Source: Candidatus Latescibacterota bacterium (GTDB lineage Bacteria; Latescibacterota; UBA2968; GCA-2709665). From it: DNA of 64,000 nt. The stretch lies in the NCBI GenBank assembly GCA_965219455.1, contig OZ244744.1:5344001-5408000 (forward strand), written 5' to 3'. Each line of letters opens with the position of its first letter. Within the stretch, counting starts at the first letter, position 1. This document shows positions 29,841 to 39,065 of this stretch, piece after piece. The notes below the pieces were generated by a model. The model searched no databases, was not told the DNA's origin, and saw nothing but the letters and a program-made list of their open reading frames with translations. The position numbers were made by a program, and so were the translations under genes.

Positions 29841-31217
29841 ATGCGGGTTGATCCTTCCATCCGGCTGAGGGATCTGGATTCCAGACTGGACCGGTGTTTC
29901 GATCTTGCAGGACAAAAAGCCACGTCCGTTTCCGAGACATGGGATCCGGGGCGGGGGGCGCCGGTTTACACCGTTGGAGGGCAATACACCACACGGGGTT
30001 GGACGGAATGGACGCAGGGATTCCAGTTTGGCTGCGCGATATTGCTGTTCGACGCGTCAGGAGACCGGCAGTTTCTGGAAATCGGTCGCCGCGGGACGGT
30101 CGAACGGATGGCCGCACACGTGACCCACACAGGTGTGCACGACCACGGATTCAACAACATATCAACCTATGGCAACCTCAGGCGGCTGATGCGTGAAGGC
30201 GCGATATCGGGCGATCTGTGGGAACAGCACTTTTACGAGCTTGCACTGAAAGCATCCGGTGCGGTGCAGGGCGCGCGTTGGACGACGATTCGAGACGGGA
30301 AGGGGTTTATTCCCTCCTTTAACGGTGCCCACTCGCTGTTTTCAGACACGATCCGCACCTGCCGGTCCCTGGGGCTCGCACACAGTCTGGGCCACGTGTT
30401 GATGGTGGAGAACGACCGCGCGATTTCGCTCCTTGATCGCATGATCCAGCACGCGGAAACAACGGCGCGGTTCAATGTGTACTACGGCGACGGACGCGAT
30501 ATCTACGATACTCGAGGGCGGGTGGCGCATGAGTCTATTTTCAACGTGGAGGACGGAAATTATCGTTGTCCAGGCACCCAACAGGGATATTCGCCCTTTT
30601 CCACGTGGACGCGAGGCCTTGCATGGGTGGTAACGGGATATGCCGAACTGCTTGAATTTCTCGAGGTCGTCGTCGATGAGGACCTTTCGGCTTGCGGCGG
30701 TCGGGAACACATAACGGGAATCATGACAAAGGCGGCAACAGCGACCGCTGACTACTTCGTTGATGGCGCGTCCGCGGCCGACGGTATACCGTACTGGGAT
30801 ACCGGCGCCCCCGGGTTGGCCCGAATGGGAGACTATCTTGGTCGGTCGGCGGATCCGTTCAACGAATTTGAACCCGTGGACAGTTCAGCCGCTGCTATTG
30901 CGGCTCAGGGCCTCTACCGGTTGGGCAAGTACCTGGACGGAGAGGCCGGCGCGTATTACAGGAGGGCGGCGTTAACGGTCGCACGCACGCTATTCGACGC
31001 CCCGTACCTGTCCGACGATGAGGATCACCAGGGATTGATCCTGCATTCCGTATATCACCGACCCAACGGCTGGGACCGTCGTCGGGCGACGCAGCGAGTG
31101 CCAAATGGAGAGGCTTCCATGTGGGGAGACTATCACGCACTGGAACTGGCGGTACTGCTTAAGCGTGAAATTACCGGGGAGCCCTATTTGACGTTCTTCG
31201 ATCGGACGACGGAATAA
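29841..31217 (+). CDS. GH88-like unsaturated glucuronyl hydrolase
   Basis: WTQGF, HDHGF, QGY...STWTRGLAW, GIPYWD, DSSAAAI, WGDY. Confidence 0.82.
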   Translation: MRVDPSIRLRDLDSRLDRCFDLAGQKATSVSETWDPGRGAPVYTVGGQYTTRGWTEWTQGFQFGCAILLFDASGDRQFLEIGRRGTVERMAAHVTHTGVHDHGFNNISTYGNLRRLMREGAISGDLWEQHFYELALKASGAVQGARWTTIRDGKGFIPSFNGAHSLFSDTIRTCRSLGLAHSLGHVLMVENDRAISLLDRMIQHAETTARFNVYYGDGRDIYDTRGRVAHESIFNVEDGNYRCPGTQQGYSPFSTWTRGLAWVVTGYAELLEFLEVVVDEDLSACGGREHITGIMTKAATATADYFVDGASAADGIPYWDTGAPGLARMGDYLGRSADPFNEFEPVDSSAAAIAAQGLYRLGKYLDGEAGAYYRRAALTVARTLFDAPYLSDDEDHQGLILHSVYHRPNGWDRRRATQRVPNGEASMWGDYHALELAVLLKREITGEPYLTFFDRTTE

Positions 31218-31325
31218 CGGCCCGAAAAGACGAATATCTGGGTGCGGTGTTCGACTGGAGCCGTGTCTGAAACAGAAATCCATTTCGGTCTTCGAAAACG
31301 ATCGCGGGCACTGAGGCGAGAGACT

Positions 31326-32198
31326 ATGAAGCGCAAATTGAACACAGTCAAACCATGGGTAGGGCGGAAAGCGGGATCGAAGACGTTCGGATACGCACCG
31401 ATGGTCATACTGGTAATTGTATTGTGTTCGGCACCTGCGCGGAGTGGAGAAGCAACACCGTTCGATTTCGGACCGCTGGACCGCCTGTTGGGAAAGTTTG
31501 TGGATTCAAGGGGATGGGTTGACTACGCCGGCATAAAGGCCGAGCCGGCCGAACTCCGGCATTTGTTGGCCCGCCTGAGGGAGGTAAGCCCGGAGAGCCA
31601 TCCTGCGATGTTTTCCGAGCGGGAAGATCGGCTGGCATATTGGATCAACGCGTACAACGCGCTTGTGATTAGCGGGGTGGCCAATGCGTATCCCGTAACG
31701 AGCGTCAAGGAGATCCATCCACAGCCCGGATTCTTCAAGGTATACCACGTCCTCGGTGGAAAGTCCTATTCACTGGATAATATTGAACACAAGATCATCC
31801 GGAAAAAGTTTGGAGATCCTCGTATCCATGCCGCATTGAATTGTGCCGCTGCATCCTGTCCCAGGTTGCGACCGGAGGCATTCCGTTCCGAGCAACTCGA
31901 AAATCAGCTGGAGGCTGCCGTTAGGGACTTCATCCGCGATCCGCGGCATGTCAAGGTGGACCGAGACAGCGGGACTTTGGTCCTTTCGAAAATTCTTGAA
32001 TGGTTTGAAGGAGATTTCACCGACTGGTACAAACGTACCTACCAGGTGGGAGACGTTCGAATCACGGATTACCTGAAAATCCATCTTGCCGAGCAAGATC
32101 GCGCATTCCTTCATACACGCCCTCGGGTAACCGTTCGATACCTGCCGTACGATTGGACGCTTAACGACCGGGCGTTGCACCAGGACGTAACCCGTTAA
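31326..32198 (+). CDS. DUF547 domain protein (exported)
   Basis: VDY, LAYWINAYNA, SLDNIEH, DPRIHAALNCAAASCP, YDWTLN. Start could be 31401. Confidence 0.9.
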   Translation: MKRKLNTVKPWVGRKAGSKTFGYAPMVILVIVLCSAPARSGEATPFDFGPLDRLLGKFVDSRGWVDYAGIKAEPAELRHLLARLREVSPESHPAMFSEREDRLAYWINAYNALVISGVANAYPVTSVKEIHPQPGFFKVYHVLGGKSYSLDNIEHKIIRKKFGDPRIHAALNCAAASCPRLRPEAFRSEQLENQLEAAVRDFIRDPRHVKVDRDSGTLVLSKILEWFEGDFTDWYKRTYQVGDVRITDYLKIHLAEQDRAFLHTRPRVTVRYLPYDWTLNDRALHQDVTR

Positions 32199-32200
32199 CT

Positions 32201-32290
32201 CAATAACTACCCGACGATGCTGCGCCGTACGTCAGGGCTTCGGCGACGTCACCGTGCAAGTTGGTCTAAAGAGTACCGTCGGGTGAATTG
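32201..32290 (+). other. Structured hairpin element in the arsS leader
   Basis: ACCCGACGATGC/GTACCGTCGGGT outer stem, TGCGC/GTGCA and ACGTC/GACGT inner stems, CTTCGG loop. Confidence 0.4.
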
Positions 32291-32331
32291 AGGAAATCTG
32301 CCGGTCTATCGTTAACGCAAAGGAGAGACCC

Positions 32332-33345
32332 ATGGGAGCGCCGTCGGAACTGCTGGCGATTCAACCCCGTGCGCAGTCCGAAGTACCGGGCAAGCTAATA
32401 TCGTTTGGGGTGCGTTTGAGGCGGGAGGGTGTCGATCTCCGGCGCGAGACACTGGATACGCTTCAGATCAACGTAGGGAAGCTGTGCAATCAGGCGTGCA
32501 GGCACTGCCACGTGGATGCCGGTCCGAATCGGACGGAAGTGATGACTCGCGACACGATGCGGTCGATCCTGACGTTTCTCGCCGCGACGGATATTCCGAT
32601 GGTGGATATTACCGGCGGAGCGCCGGAGGTGAACCCTCATTTTCGATATCTGGTGAAACAGATCCGACGACTGGGTCGCAACATAATCGTAAGGTGCAAC
32701 CTCACGGTGATATTCGAACCGGGTATGGAGGATCTTCCTGACTTCTACCGTGAGCACGAGGTGGAGTTGGTCTGTTCATTGCCCTGTTATCTTGAGGAAA
32801 ACGTTGATCAGCAGCGTGGAAAAGGCGTGTTTTACGATAGCATCGAGGCGCTTCAACGCCTCAATTCGATCGGTTACGGAAGGCCGGATACAGGTCTTCA
32901 GCTTCATCTGGTATACAATCCGGTTGGCGCCTCGCTCCCGCCGCCACAGGCCGAACTCGAGGCGGACTATAAACGGGCTCTGGGTGAGCGTTACGGAATT
33001 TCGTTCAATCGCCTCTTTACAATAACCAATATGCCGATCAGCCGGTTTAACGACTATTTGCAACGTCGTGGGGAATACGACGGCTACACGCAGACGTTGC
33101 ACGACCATTTCAACGTGAAAACGATCGATCGCCTGATGTGTCGGTTTCTCGTAAGCGTAGACTGGGAAGGCAACATCTACGACTGCGATTTCAACCAGAT
33201 GCTGGATATGCACCTGTCCGGCAAGCCAAAAAAACTGTGGGAGGTGTCGCCGGGGTGGTTAATCGACCGTAGGATCCGGATCGCCGACCACTGCTATGGT
33301 TGCACCGCGGGCGCGGGTAGCAGTTGCGGCGGTGATTTGACCTGA
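32332..33345 (+). CDS. arsS: Arsenosugar-biosynthesis-type radical SAM protein (DUF3641)
   Basis: [63 protein letters not shown]; AAGGAG RBS. Confidence 0.88.
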   Translation: MGAPSELLAIQPRAQSEVPGKLISFGVRLRREGVDLRRETLDTLQINVGKLCNQACRHCHVDAGPNRTEVMTRDTMRSILTFLAATDIPMVDITGGAPEVNPHFRYLVKQIRRLGRNIIVRCNLTVIFEPGMEDLPDFYREHEVELVCSLPCYLEENVDQQRGKGVFYDSIEALQRLNSIGYGRPDTGLQLHLVYNPVGASLPPPQAELEADYKRALGERYGISFNRLFTITNMPISRFNDYLQRRGEYDGYTQTLHDHFNVKTIDRLMCRFLVSVDWEGNIYDCDFNQMLDMHLSGKPKKLWEVSPGWLIDRRIRIADHCYGCTAGAGSSCGGDLT

Positions 33346-33564
33346 AAGTCGATGATCCGCAAAGGTATCGGGCCCCTTTGATCGCTGCCTGGAGATATCA
33401 ATGCCGACTTCAGCCATCGCCTTGACCGCCAGCGGATTCAGGGTGGTGGGGTGGGTGCCCGCACTCAGAGATTCGAAACGGTCTCCCGCGATGTGCCGGA
33501 GAAAACCCTCCGCCATCTGGCTCCTGCAGGCGTTTCCCGTGCAGAGGAACAGTACTCGTTTCAT
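33259..33564 (-). pseudogene. arsC: 3'-truncated LMW-PTPase-type arsenate reductase
   Basis: [17 protein letters not shown] and SAGT..GIDIS.QRSK present; similarity stops at about residue 72, where the frame enters arsS antisense; the resolving cysteines are absent. Confidence 0.75.
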
Positions 33565-33581
33565 TGAGCCCTGCACAGAGA

Positions 33582-36083
33582 TCATCCGCGGTTATCGGAC
33601 GGGACGACGTCAACTGAAAGGGTAATTGACGATGGCGGCAGACATCGGGTGTCGTCGCAGGCCTGAAAATCCAGGACCAGGTCCAACCGAAGGGCGCCGG
33701 GCGGGTAACGCCTGATTTCGAAGATTGCTGGAATCGTGACTTCGCCTTCGTAGACGGCCAGAGGCTGATCGGCAAAAGGAAAACGGACGCTTTTCGCCGT
33801 CGGGTACGAAATATCGATGGCTTCGAGCGGGTGTTCGGAAGATATGCTGAGCGTCGTTGGAACCAGAAAATCCAATGAAGCGGGGTTGGCGTTGATGTGC
33901 CAACCCTTCTTTACTTTCAATCTTACCAGGAGTTCCAGCCGACCTCCGGCAACCGGGGGTGTGGTGCGCACTATCGCCGAGGCTTCTACGGCCTCATGGC
34001 TTGCCGCAATGATCGAATCGGTGGATGCCCGTGCGCCCGACACCGCTGTATCGTGAACAATCGGCGTGAGTTTGGAGGAATTCATTTCCAGGTATCTCAA
34101 CAAACCGTGATACATATTGTTGAAACCGCCCTGACTCTGTTGCAACAAGGCACCAAAGGTATGCAGCGACCGCGACGCCAGGTCCATATATTCCGCTTTC
34201 TTCGTCAGCTTGTGAAGACTGAGCAAGGCATTCACGGCAACCGAATTACCGGAAGGTATGGCGCCGTCGTAGGGTTTCTTGGTACGGGTGATGAGGTGTT
34301 CAGCGCCGCTGGTGAAGAAAAAGCCGCCTCCATCCACATCCCAGTAAAGGCTGCGCATTCGCTCGGTCAGAGCTTCGGCTTCTCTGAGGTACCGGGGCTC
34401 TCCGGAAGCCTCGTACAGCGACACCAGGCCCTGGATGAGAAACGCATAGTCCTCCTGAAAACCCAGATTCTTTGCCGTTCCGTTCCGATAGATGCGAATG
34501 AGGTCGCCGTTCCCGTCTCGCATGCGACCCAGGACAAAGTTCGCAGCCCTGCGCGCGGCGCGCAGATAGGAAGCGGATTTCAATAGGGCGTATGCATCGG
34601 CATAGGCCGCAATCATCAAACCATTCCACGCGGTGATAATTTTGTCGTCCAGCAGGGGCCGAACTCGCAGTTCTCTGGCGGATAGCAGTTTTCGCTTCAG
34701 CGGCCGGAGCCGGTCCCGGAGACCCGCGGCGGACAGGGACAGTGTGTCTGCCAACGCGTCCAGGGTTTTTGGCAAATAGAGGACCATTCCGTCGCCTTCC
34801 GGCATTCGTGCAAGGTCGTAGACCTTGAGAAAGAGGTCTGCGTCCTCTTTGAGAATGCGCCGAATCTCGGCTCGGGTCCAGAGATAGTATTCACCTTCCT
34901 TGCCGTTGGTTTCCGAGTCCAGGGCGGAGTAGAAGGCGCCTTCCGGCGAGGTCATTTCCCGCGATACGTATCGGAGAATATCCTCAGCATTGTAACGATA
35001 GTGCTGATTGCCGGTCATCTGATACGCGCGGAGATAGATTCTGGTCAATTGGGCCTGGTTGTAGAGCATTTTCTCAAAATGCGGTACCTGCCAGCCTGGA
35101 TCGATGGCGTAGCGATGGAATCCGCCGCCGAGGTGATCAAAGATGCCGCCTGCGGCCATTTTGTCCAGCGTGCCGGTCACGATGTCCAGGAGTTCGCTTT
35201 CGTTCCGGCGCTGGTGTTGAGACATGAGAAGGTCGAGTGCCTGATCCGGTGGAAATTTCGGTGCGTCTCCAAATCCGCCATGTACGGGGTCATAGGACAG
35301 TTTGAGTTTTCCAATAGCCCGATCCAGGGTGCTATAGCCCAGCGCGATATCGGATTTTTCGGGTGGAGTTACCAGATGGATTCTCCCCAGGGCGGACGAA
35401 ATGTACCTGGATTGTGCGACGACATCCGACCTTCGGTTTGCCCACGCGTTTCGGATGACTTCAATGACGCGGGGAAAGCCCGGGCGGTTGTATCGGGGAT
35501 CGTCTTTCGGCGGAAAATAGGTGCCCGCAAAAAACGGATTGAGTTCGGGAGTGAGGAAAACGGAGTTCGGCCATCCACCGTGCCCTGTGATGATTCTGGT
35601 TGCTGTCATGTAGATTTCGTCGACGTCGGGCCGCTCTTCCCGGTCCACCTTGATGTTAACGAAGTTGTGGTTCATTTGTTCGGCAATCGCGGGATCTGAA
35701 AAAACCAGGCGTTCCATCACGTGGCACCAGTAACAGGTGGTGTACCCCACCGAAAGGAAAATGGGTTTGCCTTCCCGGCGTGCCCGCTCGATGGCCTCGG
35801 TTCCCCACGGATACCAATCCACCGGGTTGTGGGCGTGCAGCAACAGATAGGGACTGGTTTCGTAAACCAGCCGGTTGGTGTATTTCCAGGAACCGTCGGC
35901 CTCTCTGAGGCCGTGCGCAGCCCCGTCGGTGTTCGAGTCGGGCGCCGCTTCGTGAGACCTGTCGTGAGGCGGCGATGGCTGCCCCGAAGCGCTCGCGCGA
36001 CAGACGGCACCGATTGCCAGACCGATGACCATCACGGCCAGGATCGCATATCGAACCGGTGCGAATGTTAACGGATAGTTCAT
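33582..36083 (-). CDS. YyaL/SSP411 (DUF255) thioredoxin plus alpha/alpha-barrel protein with signal sequence and C-terminal DsbD-N-like domain
   Basis: [47 protein letters not shown]; [18 protein letters not shown]. Confidence 0.9.
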   Translation of the reverse strand: MNYPLTFAPVRYAILAVMVIGLAIGAVCRASASGQPSPPHDRSHEAAPDSNTDGAAHGLREADGSWKYTNRLVYETSPYLLLHAHNPVDWYPWGTEAIERARREGKPIFLSVGYTTCYWCHVMERLVFSDPAIAEQMNHNFVNIKVDREERPDVDEIYMTATRIITGHGGWPNSVFLTPELNPFFAGTYFPPKDDPRYNRPGFPRVIEVIRNAWANRRSDVVAQSRYISSALGRIHLVTPPEKSDIALGYSTLDRAIGKLKLSYDPVHGGFGDAPKFPPDQALDLLMSQHQRRNESELLDIVTGTLDKMAAGGIFDHLGGGFHRYAIDPGWQVPHFEKMLYNQAQLTRIYLRAYQMTGNQHYRYNAEDILRYVSREMTSPEGAFYSALDSETNGKEGEYYLWTRAEIRRILKEDADLFLKVYDLARMPEGDGMVLYLPKTLDALADTLSLSAAGLRDRLRPLKRKLLSARELRVRPLLDDKIITAWNGLMIAAYADAYALLKSASYLRAARRAANFVLGRMRDGNGDLIRIYRNGTAKNLGFQEDYAFLIQGLVSLYEASGEPRYLREAEALTERMRSLYWDVDGGGFFFTSGAEHLITRTKKPYDGAIPSGNSVAVNALLSLHKLTKKAEYMDLASRSLHTFGALLQQSQGGFNNMYHGLLRYLEMNSSKLTPIVHDTAVSGARASTDSIIAASHEAVEASAIVRTTPPVAGGRLELLVRLKVKKGWHINANPASLDFLVPTTLSISSEHPLEAIDISYPTAKSVRFPFADQPLAVYEGEVTIPAIFEIRRYPPGALRLDLVLDFQACDDTRCLPPSSITLSVDVVPSDNRG

Positions 36084-36137
36084 GTTGGCGGGATAAGGGA
36101 AAAGTCGATAATCCTGACGTTCACCGTTGCTGAGGCG

Positions 36138-36158
36138 ATTTCCGGGACAGAACACTTG
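36138..36158. repeat. Isolated copy of the inner-element terminus
   Basis: ATTTCCGGGACAGAACACTTG is the exact reverse complement of 17769-17789; intergenic. Confidence 0.65.
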
Positions 36159-36162
36159 GAGG

Positions 36163-37410
36163 TCAGCGGATAAACGTGCGTCTGATTTTGTCCACAGCCT
36201 CTACGATGTCGTCCATGTCTTCTCGCGTGCCCAGGAGCATAGACTGATAGAACCAGACACTGTGCCTGCACGCATGTTCAACATTCGGGCACGGTAACCT
36301 GCGCACGAGATCGGGGTATTCTTCCGAAACGCTATTCAGGGCGCCCTCGTCCGTGAGCGGCCGCTGGTAACCGGGTGTACAATCAATGCCTTCGGCGATC
36401 AGGGCGCTTATGAATTCCTCTTTGCTCTGGCCACCGAATTGTTCCGTATCGTAGAGCGTCATATAGAGATGGTACCCATGCTGCGTGACCCAGGGACGCG
36501 TCGCCGGTGGGGTCACGCCGCCGACCCTTCGCAGTTCCCGGGTCAGATAGGCCGCGTTTCGACATCGAATCTCGGTCTGAAGTTGTAACCACTTGAGCCG
36601 TACCAGAAGGATGGATGCGAGATATTCTGAGGTGCGATAGTTCCATCCATGGCGTGGATATTCCCATCGTTCGCCACCGGGGCGCCGACCCACGTCTCTG
36701 AATGCGCATGCCCGTTCGTAAATGTGCCGATGGTTGGTGACGAGGCAGCCGCCCTCGCCAGCCGTGAGGTTCTTGCTGGACTGAAAGCTGTAGGCGCCAA
36801 CATCGCCAAGCGGGCCGACCTTCCGCCCGTTATGTTCGGTGCCGTGGGCCTGAGCGGCATCTTCAACAACCACCAGGCCGTGTTTGTTGGCGATGGCGTT
36901 CAGGGCGTCCATATCCGCGGGGTGCCCTCCCATGTGCACTGGAAGAATGCCTACCGTCCTCTCGGTTATGGCCGCCTTCACCGCGGCAGGGTCAAGGGTA
37001 AAGCTCACGGGATCGATATCTGCCAGTGCCAGCTTGCAACGCACCGACAGCGCGGCGCTGGCTGTGGCGATGAAGGTATAGTTGGGGACGATAATCTCCC
37101 CACCCTCCCGAAGCCCATCGAGATCGAGCGCTCCGGCTATGGAGGCGGATATCGCGTCGGTACCATGTGGCATCATTAAGCCGTAGTTGGCGCCGCAATA
37201 GTCCGCGAACGCCTGGCCGAACCGGTCGCTCCTGCTTGCCGGAAGACCCTCTGACCCTTCCAGGTAGACTTTCCGAAGCGCCGGCTCGATTTCGCGTTCC
37301 CACTCAATCTCGGTGTTGGCTGGCCAGGACGGCCACGGATTCTCGATCCGATTGCGTACGGGTGTGCCCCCATTCACCGCCAGCCGATTTGCAGAAATTA
37401 CATTTGGCAT
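36163..37410 (-). CDS. DegT/DnrJ/EryC1/StrS PLP aminotransferase
   Basis: [38 protein letters not shown]. Confidence 0.93.
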   Translation of the reverse strand: MPNVISANRLAVNGGTPVRNRIENPWPSWPANTEIEWEREIEPALRKVYLEGSEGLPASRSDRFGQAFADYCGANYGLMMPHGTDAISASIAGALDLDGLREGGEIIVPNYTFIATASAALSVRCKLALADIDPVSFTLDPAAVKAAITERTVGILPVHMGGHPADMDALNAIANKHGLVVVEDAAQAHGTEHNGRKVGPLGDVGAYSFQSSKNLTAGEGGCLVTNHRHIYERACAFRDVGRRPGGERWEYPRHGWNYRTSEYLASILLVRLKWLQLQTEIRCRNAAYLTRELRRVGGVTPPATRPWVTQHGYHLYMTLYDTEQFGGQSKEEFISALIAEGIDCTPGYQRPLTDEGALNSVSEEYPDLVRRLPCPNVEHACRHSVWFYQSMLLGTREDMDDIVEAVDKIRRTFIR

Positions 37411-37560
37411 CGGAACTCCCGTAAATACGCGAGGCTATTTCCCGGTTTGTCCGGTCCTGACCGGGGCCTCACACCGTCGAAGGATGCCGGACGCCCGGGA
37501 GGCGCCGACGGGTGAGGTCCAAAGATACCCGCGGGCAAACGCACGGCGCTGGTGAGTGAA

Positions 37561-38796
37561 TCAATCCGCCACCAGTTCGCAGGCAGCCGCGCGGACCAGC
37601 TTCTCGCCTTCGACCGCGAGCCCGGCATATCTGGGTTCCATGCCGCCTTCGCGGTGGGCCTGGGGGGTACTCAGGTACCCGACGTCGGCTGTCGGGCCGG
37701 ACAGAACCATGGTGATTCCGCCCGGCGCCGCCGCCTTGATCGCAGACGCGGTTTCAACGAAGATTTCACCTGGAAGGTGCACTATATTGACGCCACACGC
37801 GGAAATCCGAGTGATCGTGTAGTCCAGAAATTGCCTGCCGGTTGCATAATGTCGGCTGCCGTAAGCCTGAAATCGTTGAAGCCCGTTCGACCGTTTCGGC
37901 GTCGTTATCAATTCGGCCTCGACGACATGGGGATTCTCGTACGAAAATGTGGGCATCGGAACGGTCTTCTGAGTGACGTGGAATTCTCCGGTACCGTACA
38001 TACGTACCTGTTCCAATGCGTAGAGTGCCGCCCCTCCGACGCTGTTGCCCACACGCCTGTACGTTCGCCCGGCCCGGCTGACGGGTACCACGTTTCCGAT
38101 ACTTCCGGGAAGAAACAGCGCATTGACCCCCGCTGCCTCGACCACGTTGCGGGCGACGCCGGGATAGTCAGCGGAAATATGCCCGTATTTGTCGGTGTTG
38201 CACAGCGCGTGGCAGCCGAATACGATTGCGCAATGGGTCGGATTACCCTCCGTATCGTCAATTCGGAGCACGTACACATTGTCGTCCACGTCTGCATAGG
38301 TGAGTTCGGGACGAGGATAGGGGAATTTGAAGTTGCTCATAACCAGGTTTCCGTCCTGATCATAGGAGCGCCGGTTATAGAGGATGTTGGGAGCGGAACT
38401 GGCGCCTGCTCCCAACCGGGAGGGTTCCATCGCGTGGGCCGCTTTACGGACGGCCGCAGCCATATTGTCCGCGAAAAAATCCTCCCTGCCGTAGTACTTG
38501 AGCGTCTCGCAGGGAATGCTGACGTAAGATTGAAACAAAATGGGCGTCGTGCCGACATGGGAAGCACAGGGCAGGATGTGGTTTGGATTCAGCCAGTCGA
38601 TGTCCTCTAACCGTACCCTGACGCGCGCCATGAGATCCTCTTCGATGCTGAAACAATCCCCGGCCAGGAAGGTGACGTTGGTGTCTCCTTTCCGAAGGAT
38701 CAGGGCACGGAAGGAGATCGGATCGTAGACTCGAAAAGCGCCATCTGATGGATCTTCAGGCGTGAAGTCCTGAATGCCAAAGCCGGTTTCCAGCAC
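37561..38796 (-). CDS. Neutral/alkaline ceramidase-like hypothetical hydrolase
   Basis: YDP..FRAL, ASHVG, NRR, FGCH, ISADYPG, LPGE.F, GY; GTG start. Confidence 0.65.
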   Translation of the reverse strand: MLETGFGIQDFTPEDPSDGAFRVYDPISFRALILRKGDTNVTFLAGDCFSIEEDLMARVRVRLEDIDWLNPNHILPCASHVGTTPILFQSYVSIPCETLKYYGREDFFADNMAAAVRKAAHAMEPSRLGAGASSAPNILYNRRSYDQDGNLVMSNFKFPYPRPELTYADVDDNVYVLRIDDTEGNPTHCAIVFGCHALCNTDKYGHISADYPGVARNVVEAAGVNALFLPGSIGNVVPVSRAGRTYRRVGNSVGGAALYALEQVRMYGTGEFHVTQKTVPMPTFSYENPHVVEAELITTPKRSNGLQRFQAYGSRHYATGRQFLDYTITRISACGVNIVHLPGEIFVETASAIKAAAPGGITMVLSGPTADVGYLSTPQAHREGGMEPRYAGLAVEGEKLVRAAACELVAD

Positions 38797-38906
38797 GTTG
38801 AACCCCCTCTGTTACAATTGCCGTGCGAAAGTGGTTCATTGATAGCGTAATTTCCACCGTGCGTCAAGCGTTTTCCTGCAGCGCACACCCAGGCGGGCGG
38901 TGAACC

Positions 38907-38935
38907 TTGACGTATCCGTCGGTATGGGTTACATT
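38907..38935 (+). promoter_or_regulatory. sigma70 promoter for the FAD/Fe-S oxidoreductase and apt
   Basis: TTGACG-17 nt-TACATT. Confidence 0.55.
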
Positions 38936-39065
38936 ATCGTTTTGTCCGCGCTGGTGCGGCCGGTCCGCGCCGTGTACGGTTCAGTTGTATGGGCGCGAAA
39001 AGCCGACCCGAGCACGGGTGAGCGATTTCAGCAAATGCTGTTTGAGACGATGCAAGGGAGATTCG

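Noticed and set aside
33300-33345. Selenocysteine read-through in arsS
   Set aside because: The motif codon is TGC (Cys); the TGA follows the normal C-terminus.
37552-38610. 352-aa + strand ORF
   Set aside because: Antisense to the ceramidase-like gene; no motifs.
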